From NCBI RefSeq assembly GCF_964204645.1, contig NC_134028.1, positions 20,087,245 through 20,151,244 on the forward strand: a stretch of 64,000 bases of DNA, written 5' to 3'. Made by a program: the position numbers and the translations under genes. Shown piece by piece: positions 13,707 to 24,722 of the stretch. This stretch comes from Tubulanus polymorphus (lineage: Eukaryota > Animalia > Nemertea). The notes under the pieces were generated by a model. That model worked only from the letters and a program-made list of their open reading frames with translations. It had not been told where the DNA came from and searched no databases. Position 1 is the stretch's first letter, and each line of letters begins with the position of its first letter.

Positions 13707-14251
13707 ATGAAATTGATCAGTTTTTTGTTAGTTTTTCTGGCGGTTTTCTGGGTTTCAACCGATGCCATTGATGAAAGTACATGTAGCGAGGAAAATAAAT
13801 ATCTGCCTATAAAGAGGAAACGCTGTATCGTCAAAGCGTTTCTTCAATCGTATGTCATATGAAGAGTTAATCCATCGCAGCTACATTCATGAACCTAAAG
13901 TCTGCAAACATCCTTGGTCCAACGTGCAGTTGATATTCCTCATGGAAAGTCGAATTAACGGAAATACCTCTCAGTATCTGAAACAAATCTCTGAAGATGG
14001 GTTTAAGTATTCAACCCGAAACGTTAGAATCAAATAATAACTGTTGTTTAAGATCTATATTGTTACGCATCTATATTTTACGCAATTATATTCAAGACTG
14101 GAAATAGTGCCAATTATTTATAACATGTTAGTATTCTTATAATCATGATTTACACTGTTGTAACTTCATCGATTTCGCAAGAAACAATGTGAAAGATCAA
14201 AGAAAAAATTTGAAATCTTTGATAACAGCCTTGAAACAACTGGGAAACTAG
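13707..14251 (+). pseudogene. Secreted cationic protein family, copy B (splice donor lost, last exon largely deleted)
   Basis: ATG 13707 encodes MKLISFLLVFLAVFWVSTDAIDESTCSE. The donor is mutated (gag|gaaaat versus aag|gtaaat). Only the tail FIDFARNNVKDQRKNLKSLITALKQLGN* (~14165-14251) of the last exon remains. TATAAAA is retained at 13518. Confidence 0.75.
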
Positions 14252-15065
14252 AAAACCAGAAAATGCCATGGAAATGATGGATAATTCGAGCAACATTCTA
14301 TCATACTAGAAAATTTATGTTCTAATTCTATAGTTTTCGCGTTTCCTTGTTCTATGCGATTACAATTTGTGTCAATGTTTGAAAATGCGAAAAAATAATT
14401 CTTAATCGGCATTAGAAATGAATGTAGTGATGTATTGATTTCATTGACGGTTCGCAGTTTACAGTTCCCCCAGAAACCGGTGGGCAGATGATAAGTACCC
14501 GCGAACCTGTTAGCAGGTGATGTTTTAACACTGGTATTTTAGTTTACACAGTTCACGTGTCCCCTAACGCTTACACGGTATGTACGGTATATATCCCGTG
14601 ATCAAACACACGATCATTTAGACAAACGTCATATTCTGTTGCAAGTCATAACAACTGATTACACATTGTATTACACAATTATTCGATTGAGAGCTAGTGT
14701 AGAATTCAATCTTGCGCCTGATCGAATTCGATCTGCAATATAGTCTAGATTTTCTGAATAACAATATTGCTGTAAAAGAATCTGCGCAAATGCAGGAACT
14801 GTTGAAATGCGATTGTATAATGCAGTTTTTCAAGGTGAAATGAAGGTGATTTTAAAGATTGCGGTTTATTTCGGGTTTGGTTGTAATATCAACAGTATGC
14901 TCTGCCTTGCCCCCGGAGGTGACACGATGAAAAAATATCCTTATTTGATAGAACGATGACCACACTCAAACGTGTTGAACGGATAATAATATAAAATCCC
15001 ACTATTTACTGATTAAAAGAATTTAAAAACCAGAATTTATTTATTAAATCTAAAATATTTAAAAG

Positions 15066-15107
15066 ACACGACGTTTCGATCTCACCCTAGAGATCATCGT
15101 CAGGTGT
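15066..15107 (-). ncRNA. Minimal type I hammerhead ribozyme (Penelope pLTR type), minus-strand copy
   Basis: Exact reverse complement of the plus-strand motif at 15118-15159. Confidence 0.75.
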
Positions 15108-15117
15108 GATCATCGTC

Positions 15118-15159
15118 ACACCTGACGATGATCTCTAGGGTGAGATCGAAACGTCGTGT
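15118..15159 (+). ncRNA. Minimal type I hammerhead ribozyme (Penelope pLTR type)
   Basis: Stem I is ACAC(15118-21)/GUGU(15156-59). Core CUGACGA is followed by one extra U. Stem II is GAUCUC-UAGGGU-GAGAUC, then GAAA, a palindromic ACGU stem III, and predicted cleavage after GUC at 15155. Confidence 0.78.
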
Positions 15160-16269
15160 CTTTTGAATATTTTAATGGGATTTTATATTATTATCCTTAT
15201 TTATTCTTACAAGAAGGAATTCTCGACCGGAGTTTTCGACCGGAATGTCATATACATGACATGAACGTAAAGGGCGGTGCTCACGTGATTTTAAAGGGGG
15301 GTACTTCATTGGGGTGTTAGATTATAATTCCAAATGCGTGATCGATCCACAAGTAGTTAATCTTATGCTCGATTCAGGTAACATTCCATTATAATCAACG
15401 TAATCATTGAAACAAAATGAGAATCATACAATATTTCGGCTACTTTCTATACATAAAGGATTAGTAACATATATTTGGAGGATTTAATGGATATTAGGTA
15501 GTCACGGAATCGGTCTTTGACTGACAAATGGCGCTGATCTCCTTGATAATCTGTATAACCACCTCGTCCATAGATTAAGGGGTTAGGGGAAATTGGCTAC
15601 CATCAAAAAACAAGCATTTCGCTCGAACGAAAAACGTGTCGTTCCCACGAGGAACTTTTCGTTAGAACGAAAAAAATGCCGTTCCCACGAAAACATTTCG
15701 TTCGAATGAAAAAGATTAACGAAATAATCTTGTAACACAATATGACGTTTGTCTAAATGATCGCTTGTTTGCTCGTGGGGTATATACCGTGCTAGCGTTA
15801 GGGACAAGTGAACTGTGTGAACTCAAATATCAGCGTTTAAACATAATTTTGTCTCAACACCGTCCGGGGCTTAGTCAGACGGTACCCCTAGACTGCCTCA
15901 GTCCCTCCCGTTTTTGCAATTTTTAATCATGCAGATTTTCGGCAAATTCAAAATGTGGCAGAAACTTCTAGACATGACTTGTATTGTTTCCTATAGGGAG
16001 GGGATTTGATTAAACCTATTATTGTCATCTAATTGATACGAATAATTAATGGTGGATTTGAATATAACCTAGGTACAATATATATAACTGAGGTACATAC
16101 AAAGTTGCTATCCCACCAGATGGCCTGACGAGCAGTAGGTTTCCGCTGTCAAAATAAGTTCATTTTCAATCTTTGAACTGAATTTTAGACTCCCTAATCC
16201 ATATGTTATCACAGCGCCCATCAAATATGTAAAACTTTCATTCTTCAAATCGAAAGACTTCTCGTCGAT

Positions 16270-16940
16270 TTATTTCTACAGTTGTGGATCCAGTTACACG
16301 ATTTTGGACCTGCTTCTACAGTTTTCGATCCAGTTATACAGTGCTGGACCTATTCGACAGTTGTGGACCCAATTCCACACTTCTAGACCCACTTCTATAT
16401 GTGGACCCAGTTCCACACTTCTGGACATACTTCTACAGTCCACAGTAATCTGGACCTTCTTCGACATGATTACCCAGTTCCACACTGTCTTCTAAACCTA
16501 CTTCTGCAGTTGTGGGCCCAGTTTCACAGTTGTGGATCTACTTCATAGTTGTGGACCCAGGTCCACATTTCTAGGCCTACTTCGACAGTGTTGTGGATCT
16601 GGTATGGTTGCTAATGTTAACCAGTGTTGCGGTTGTGTCATTTCTCCAGTATCGGGTTTCTGTTAAAATCTTCTTACTGTTATTGTTTTACGTGTGACGC
16701 AAGCATAAACGCAGGTTGTCTGATAATAGCGACACTGGCCATGAACTCCAGTTTCCGTACATTACTTGTTGCTATAGTTTAACCACTGAAATAACTGAAG
16801 CTCAATAATATTCCTGAAAGCCCATAAATATAATTCATGAAAGCCGCATAATAGATCCAGTTCTGGACCTACTTCTACAGTTTTTGACCAAGTTCCACAC
16901 TTCTAGACTTGTTTCTAGGATCCATTTACACTGTCCTGGA
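16270..16940 (-). repeat. Minisatellite (same family) upstream of copy C, interrupted at ~16600-16850
   Basis: Units tgtggacccagttccacac and tctggacctacttctacagt. Confidence 0.85.
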
Positions 16941-17252
16941 CAAAGTACCTAAGTTCAGTTGAATTTGACTCAAGAGTTAAAATGAGTTTATCTTTTATGG
17001 GTTTAGTTAAAATGAGTTTATTATCAATAAGTTTGACTCTTTTGTGGAATTGTGGATTGAAAATGTAAAACCTCCATCGTCCTTCAAATTTCCAGCAATA
17101 TACAGTAGAAAAACAGATGCAGACAGATTAAACAAAGCAGAAATAATCGAATCTCGATCCTGTAAATAGTTGGTATTAGATCTACTGAGTGGGATGTTTA
17201 ATGTGAAGCCGTTCAGCAACTTCTGATCAAATATTATTCAGCCCAAAATATG

Positions 17253-17298
17253 TATAAAACTCGCATGATTCAATCGACAACTGAAACATTCGTCAGTC
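17253..17298 (+). promoter_or_regulatory. Putative core promoter of copy C: TATAAAA and Inr-like TCAGTC
   Basis: TATAAAA at 17253-17259 and TCAGTC at 17293-17298, followed by a candidate 5'UTR intron (ag|gtaaga at 17339 to ttacag| at 17440). The same elements are conserved in copy B. Confidence 0.6.
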
Positions 17299-17455
17299 GC
17301 TTTGATATCACGTTAAATCTCAAACAAACATTAAACAGGTAAGATCACTCATGATATCTGTAGTTCTGAAACAGCCGGGGACCAGTCTCCAGTTCTGACA
17401 CTGCCGGAAACCAGTCTCTATTTCTATGATCTGATTACAGTTTTACGGAGACAAC

Positions 17456-17986
17456 ATGAAATTGATCAGTTTTTTTGTGGTTTTTCTGGCGGTTTTCTGG
17501 GTTTCAACCGATGCCATTGATGAAAGCACATGTCGCAAGGTAAATATCTGTCTATAAAGAGAAAACGCCGTATAGTCAAAAAGCGTTTTTCAATCCTATC
17601 ACGTGTGTTAATCCATCGCAGCTACACTCACTATAACCTCTTAATATTCTTATAATCTCAGTATTGTATTTAAAGGGCTTTCCGGGAAATAGCAGTTTCA
17701 ATTATGTGTTTGGTTTCATCGACAGGTATCATCTCTTGCTGTCGAACATTACGGCAAGGCCATATCGGGACCACTGAGCAAATTAGATTGCGAAACTATC
17801 GTCAACAGCAAGATCTTGGACGATCTAAAGTTAAAAGGTTCACAACTACCTAGCGTTTTGGCGAAAGTATTTCAGTCAAAACAAGGCAAATCGCTGATTA
17901 TCGATTACGTAAGAAAAAATGCCAAAGATCTAAGAAACAATTTGAAATCTCTGAAAAATGCATTGAAAAAAAATAAAGAAAACTAG
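17456..17986 (+). CDS. Small secreted lysine-rich protein, unrecognised family (114-aa precursor, 2 coding exons), copy C, intact
   Basis: Exons 17456-17539 and 17726-17986 joined by a phase-0 GT-AG intron give MKLISFFVVFLAVFWVSTDA-IDESTCRKVSSLAVEHYGKAISGPLSKLDCETIVNSKILDDLKLKGSQLPSVLAKVFQSKQGKSLIIDYVRKNAKDLRNNLKSLKNALKKNKEN*. AATAAA at 18118. Splice sites are conserved in paralog A. Confidence 0.8.
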
Positions 17987-20483
17987 AAAAAGTATTTAGA
18001 AATGATGGATAATTTGACCGGCATCGCATTATACTAGAAGATGTATGTTCTAATTCTGTAGGTTTCGCGTTTCCTTGTTCTATACGATTCAAATTTGTAT
18101 CAGTGCTTGAAAATACAAATAAATAATTCTTTTGGCATTAGAAATGAATTTAGTGATGTATTGATTTCATTGACGATTCGCAGTTTACAGTTCTCCAGAA
18201 AGGGGTGTGCGGATATTACTTACAAGTACCCGGGAACCTCTTAGCAGGTGATACTTACGAGCTTCCAGTTGTTTCAGACGGTGTCCAATACATAGGACAA
18301 GTTTATATTGCCGTAACGCTACCTAGCATGTAATAAGAAGAGTTTTTCGTCCCAGCAGCTAGTACCACTGTAACCCTAGTGGTTCTTAAGAGACGGCCAA
18401 GGCCTTTTTATAGGTTGATAAGGCTCACAACCTGACAGAGTTACCAGAGCTGAGTCCATGCATGTGTCTCGACAGCCAACGCCAGATGTGGTTTCGATCT
18501 AGGGATCTCTTGGTTCCCAGTCCTCCACTCAAACAACTGCATGAGACCCCAATCCCAACAATAACAAGTAATTCGGTTCATCTGGATAAGAAAAAACAAA
18601 TTAAACAGTTTAGAAACGCCAGAAAAAAGATATAACTTTCAACTTGACATGTTCAGTAAGAGAGCTGATACCTGTAGGTGTGGCCGATGTGTGGGCGTGT
18701 CTTCCAGCTGTCGCTAACAGCTGTGTCTGGCTGTACGGCAACGAACGCCATTTTTTACATTCTTGTTCGCTGAGATATTTCTGACAGACGAGTGAATTAA
18801 ACCTGAAGGCGTCCGGCCGGTATTAAATACTGTGACAGTGGTTTCTCTTTTGAGACGAGGTTTAACTGAGCCCGACTGTAAATCAACTGTTATAAAATCT
18901 CCCACAAAGCAATGCGAACGGGAAATAAGTCTGAAAATCGAATTACCTATAAACAATATCGATATCAACTCGCAAAACACTCAAATATGAAAATCTTTTC
19001 CTAGTTTCATCTTTCACGTCAAACATCGAAGCCATATCGAACGGGAGATTATTGTTCTGTCGCGTGCAATAGACATGCGCAATGGAACATACCGTAAACG
19101 GTTCGAATCCAATCATCTGAGGATTCCTCGGAAGTTTCCAATCCCGAATATAGACTTCCTACAACAACTTTCCAAGTTCTGTCCATCCCATGTAAATAGT
19201 TTTCCTCGGGATTTTATGGGTTTTAGAATTATTCTTTAACCATTTTTGTTATCAATCCCATACCCTCGGCCAATCAAAATTAACGGCTTAACTATTTTGC
19301 AGATATACATTTCATTTTTACAATATGATAATAGGCGTACTAGCAAAGTAGATAGAGTGATAATTGAAAATGCCATTTAAAATAGGTAGAATTTCCCCCA
19401 ATCTGTTCCAGGAGTCAACTTTGTCAAAAGCCGCCATCTTTTGTGTCCCGGACTTGTAGCCGCCGATAATTGACCAGCTCCTGGCGCCACCTTTATCATC
19501 TTCGCCGTCGTTCCACCAAAAGGCAAGAAGAATGTTGACCAGTGACCAGTCAGGTATGGCGTGAAATGTGGTGAAAATTAATGAATTGAGTCAGATCTCT
19601 GATGTTACACAGTTTACTCACTATGCGCTACAGGCATTTACTTTATTGAGTACAGATTATATAATCAGCATTTCAAATGAAAATTTTACAAATGAAATAC
19701 ATTTGTATTTTGAAGAACATCAACCAAATACTGGTAATTTACAGATCGATTATATGAAATACATTATAATTGGAAAGCATCAACCAAATACTGGTAATTA
19801 ACCGATTGATGATATATAAGTGTTTTGGTGCAACTAAAAGATCTATTGATTGATTTCGTGTGTCAGTAATTCATGAATCCTATCACATGTACATTATAAC
19901 TAGATCTGTGTTCAGTTGGTTCTTTTAGTCTACGAGAGGTAAACTGACTGGGTTGGTTGTGATTATTAGCGGCACATGCTAATTGGTCGGTATCTACGCC
20001 TTACAATAGAATAAGCGATTACGATACTTTGACAGTAACTGTTTGTAACTCTAAGCGAAACTGCGTCTTGCATTTTGTTTCGCTGTCGCATCCGAAGTTT
20101 GGATGGTAACACGAGATCAGCGTTCTCAATACACATCTATCCGAAAGTGTTTTGTAATTTTGCGGGTATAGCTTTGCTCTTCGTCGGGTACTATAATTTC
20201 CTATTCTTTTCACTGAGAAACACAGCTCTTTTGAAGGACGATTAACTATGAAATGGACCCGCGCCATTTACATCCGTCGTTATTTCGATGTCTTAGTTTG
20301 ATCGCATCCATGAAGAAAATTGATTTCAGAAAAATCCGTTTAAAATGTTGCAAACTCTGCACCCTCTGTATTCTGATTGCTATTGTGGTAGTCAACTATA
20401 AACGTTATCGAGTGATGATGAACCAGGTTTGAAAATAAATAGTCAGCCTAAAAAGCAACCTAACTTTCAGTCTCGAATTTCAC

Positions 20484-21507
20484 TTATCTAGAAAACAACC
20501 AAACACCGGAAACAACCATAACGAATATTATCATATCTATACTATAGATGGGAGCGCTATTGCATTCGTCGGTGGTGCAGCATTTCGGTTCAACAGACTT
20601 AGTGCTGTTTGGTAGAGGATATTCGCTTTTACAATTTTTGAAACAGCCCCGAATAAACACTGAACTTTCGTATTGCAATTTCTGAAATGAAACGAACAGT
20701 AACGAATTCTGAAACCGATGAACGTATCAACGAAATTCACCGGGGTGATTACTGTAAATCATTACTTACCCCGCACTGATAACCGCGGCTGAGGGGACAC
20801 GTTGTGCTATGAACATCATCGCTGGTTTCACAGCCGTCGGTAAAATATGACCGTTTTCCGATGTCGTTTGTGATGTTTCTTTTCAAAAGAACTGAAACAG
20901 ATGAAACAAATTAACTGTCGGGGGGCTCAACAGATTAGGCACGAATGACGCCAGTAAGTTTGTTTTTAAGTTGGGCGTCGTTATTTTGTCTCCGCTTGTT
21001 AGGAAGATGCGTCACAATACTGCATTGAAAATGTCTACATCTATATTGATTTCGATTAAAAAATGCGAATAAAGATAAACTTACTACTGTCAATAGCAAA
21101 TTGTTTCATCGCATCATATACTGCCTTATAACCGTCTTTATGATATTCACAATCGTAGCATCTCATTACAGTTGCTGTCACTGAAAATAAGGATAACTGA
21201 GATTTAGAAAAAATTAGATGAAATACTTACCGTCAATAGCGAACTGTTTCATTGTATTATATTCTGCCTTATAACGGCTTTTATACACACGAGAGTGGCA
21301 TGTCAGACTTTAAACAACTGTTGTCGAAAACGAAGATGATATGAGATGAAATAAAAAAAAACAATTGAGATGAAATGAGTTTTTACGAATTAAGCTGCAT
21401 TTGAAGTGGACAGTATATTGTGGGGCTGGCTAAAATACAAACTCACCCTGAGCAAACAGAACCAGTAAAGCTGTCGCGACCGTAAACATAATCTGTAACT
21501 GATTCAT
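20484..21507 (-). CDS. Ly6/uPAR (three-finger) domain protein, predicted GPI-anchored
   Basis: Exons 21507-21447 (signal MNQLQIMFTVATALLVLFAQG), 21180-21085 (MRCYDC...), 20891-20770 (...GCETSDD..TCP...QCG) and 20681-20484 (IRGC.KNC...CCTTDECN plus a hydrophobic tail). There are 10 cysteines. Confidence 0.88.
21231..21317 (-). pseudogene. Degenerate tandem duplicate of Ly6 exon 2
   Basis: AG and GT sites are intact and the phase is the same. It reads VV*SLTCHSRVYKSRYKAEYNTMKQFAID versus the functional VTATVMRCYDCEYHKDGYKAVYDAMKQFAIDS. Confidence 0.75.
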
Positions 21508-24500
21508 CCTGCTATGTTCCGTCTGTCGTCTGTCACTTGTAGACCTGCTGTCGTCTGTCAACATGGGTTTGCGCTGTTTTATGGCGCTCTCTTCCCCCGG
21601 ACACCATTTGGGCTTCGCAAAATATGTTTCTTTGAAATATGTTTCTTTATTCTTTGAAATTGGTCATTTAGAAATAAATGAAATTTCAGATTTGTTATCA
21701 TTATCTTTTTTGGTAACAATTTGAGATCAATTGTAGCGAGAACAATAAAAGTTTAATTTACCAAAGCAATTTTAGATTTAAAGAGAAAATTCCATAAACT
21801 GCACTACTCCTTATTGAAATTTAGAATAAAATATCCCCGCTGATTAAAAGGCAAAAATCTGTAATACATGAAAAAGTTAAAACGATTTTCTTTTCGTTCG
21901 ACTGAAAAAAAAAATTGATAGGACTCCTTGAAGATATTCTTGAAAATTAACCTTTGAAGATATAGATTTTTACCATTCGTCAAATTGAAATCTATATGTA
22001 ATTTGATGATCTTGAATATTTTCTTCTTTGCACAACAGGATAATTCCATTTTTCTACAAAGATTTAATCGTTGAAATGAATATATATATATTGCATTCAA
22101 ACGTCGTGCAAGATTTAATTTGATTTCGTTGAGTCAGTAAACTAACTGTAGGAGTGCAAATAGGGAAATAAACTGAATGAAAAAAGTAAGATAAGTGTTC
22201 AAAAGAAACTATGCAGAACTTCAATAAGAAAATTACGGACTGTGAAAAGATCTCCATAGATATAAATATTATTGACCAACAACTGTAGAGATCTGAACAC
22301 GAGTGTGTTCTGTGCCTATGTTGACTTCAAAATTAAAGCATTGATTCCATTTGTTTTCGAATAATTCAGCAGAGGAAATAAATTGACGAAGAAAACGTAG
22401 CAGTGTGGCCCCTACAAAAAATATTTGCCCTTCACGGGGAGTCCGACGATTGGTGTCACTATCATCCGAGTATCGAGTGGAAAAAAGCTTTGTGACATAA
22501 GATTGCACTAGCACGGCGGACAAGTGATAAAGATTACCTTCTTGCCCTGGTGAGAATATACTTGTCCCGGGCAATCGGACAAGTGCTTAGATCGGACCCT
22601 GAAGTCGCTGGAGACAAAATTCGAGCAAGTTTTTCCGAATATTAACTTAATATTCAGTGAAATCTGTAACATACACTGAGTGAGAAAGGGAATCGTATAT
22701 CTATTCGATGCCTCGTTTGATAAATGTCGGGCACGGAAGCCTAAAAATCAACTAACTTTCATTGAAAATGAACTGATTTTCACTACAAATGACCCAATGT
22801 TTTTATGCGCCATCTGTTAGTGCCAGTGTCCCATTATTCTTTAGTGATCAGGGGCTTATCAATCACGTCGAATAGCCCAAACTGTTCAGGTGTGGAGAGA
22901 GGGGATGGCATTTTTATGTTCTCTTTATGTCCATGGACTATCTGGCCTGGTAAAAAGTTGCTTGGTCATTGTTAATTGCGCTTACGGTGCAGGAGGGAGT
23001 CACGAACGCTTAAAAACTCACAATCAATGATAAACAGCATTCCGGGGAATGTATTCTTATCATAATCGGTGCGGAGCAGAATACAAATGGGAATAGTGTA
23101 TATTTATGAAATCTATTTTGTATCTTATGGTGATATTTAGGGGTTAAGACCCCCTAATCAGTGGTATACTCCTGACCTAAAGGATGTATCGAACAAATCC
23201 TTACAGTGATGAATTGAAACTCTGCCCCGGATCGAAACCCTGCCATGGTGGGCACATCCAACCTGTCAATATGTGATGGTGCGCACTAGACGCGGTACAA
23301 ACAGCTATTAGTTTGTATGAAAAGTACCCCGTGTAGACGGTTGAAGCGTTTTCACACTAGATGAAAAACATATTCATTCAATTCCCTGTGTACTTAGTCG
23401 GATGTCTCAATTCAATTCTAGTTTTTCACTTATCATAATTGTTAGATTGGTTTTCAATGTATAAACTATTCACGGAGATGTCTGTAGGTTGTTACGTATA
23501 TTCTTAATATACATTTTATTTAATTACAGTTAAAAAACCTCGAATAAAATCTCGTAGAATCCCTAGAAACTAGATGTCATAAGGCGTTATGTTGTTTATT
23601 TCATTGCTAGGGCTCTGTGTGATAACTGTGGTCAGTTTTTAACCTAAAAGACTTCATGAATCAAAGCTATTGGAGATATTACTAATTAAATCCTCAAGAT
23701 GTTTATCAGATTTTAACACTAAACTAATGCAACAACGGTCCACGTAGTCTTGACACATGAATCGCATAATACGCGAGTGCCTATAATGGGTGATATGAAA
23801 TTCTACCCAAATATCAGAGATGTCTAATGGGTTATATTTATATGCTATTTTTCAACTTCGATAGGCTCCTTCTAGTTAGTTACCTAATCGTTGGTGGTAA
23901 GCTTTTTACAATCGGATGGGCTTATACCAACGTTATGGATGACAAGGGTCAAAACACGTTTGAAAAAAGTAACACTTCCAAAATATACTTTCTATTGAGT
24001 TCAGTCCACAATTAATGGCTTAAATCATAAACTAACACAGGTACCTTTTGAAATACTCCAATATTATGTATGTTTCGAGCGATTAATCAACATTATTTCG
24101 AGAAATTAATTAATTTCTCCACAAATTTCGCCATTGGCCGCCATTTCTCTGTATTGCATACATGTGGCATGATAGACTAGGTGACCTACAAGGATTTATA
24201 TAAAACTTTCAAACGCTACGACAATTTTTATTTTTGTTAGTTTTCCAACTTATATTTCAAATCTTCGTGTTTTCCATAATAGATAATGAAAAAATAAATT
24301 CTGGTTGAAAAAATTTGAATTTGTGTTCATTTCTTAATTTTTTCAATTTCGTCGTTTCATTTCGTTAGTTTGTGTTATTGTGCTGGCCTCAGTACACAGG
24401 TGCCAGCACCCTCCATACGTTTTCAAAATGGCCGCCGTCGAATCGTTTACTCTCACTTTACGGCCGATTTTCACATGGATTAAGATCGTCGGGTGAGGTG

Positions 24501-24631
24501 TTATAGGTATCAAACAAACTACGAATCTGTTGTGCGTTGATTACAACAAAAATTAGACGGATATCTTAAGAGACAATGAAATGCCGGGCAAATTACCCAA
24601 AAAAATTTCATTGAAAAATGACCTTCCCATT

Positions 24632-24722
24632 CCTGACTGTGGTTTGTGAAAACAGGGAGGTGGGAGTTCACTCCCACCTCCCTTGTGAAAATATCCGATC
24701 GTGAAACTAAACCACAGTCAGG
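24632..24722. mobile_element. Small MITE-like inverted-repeat element
   Basis: Terminal inverted repeats cctgactgtggttt ... aaaccacagtcagg, with an internal gggaggtgggag/ctcccacctccc palindrome. Confidence 0.55.

Noticed and set aside
13586-13834. Minus-strand 82-aa ORF
   Set aside because: It is the antisense shadow of the copy B signal-peptide exon.
19717-19810. ~60-bp tandem duplication (catcaaccaaatactggtaatt x2)
   Set aside because: A simple local duplication with no functional signal.
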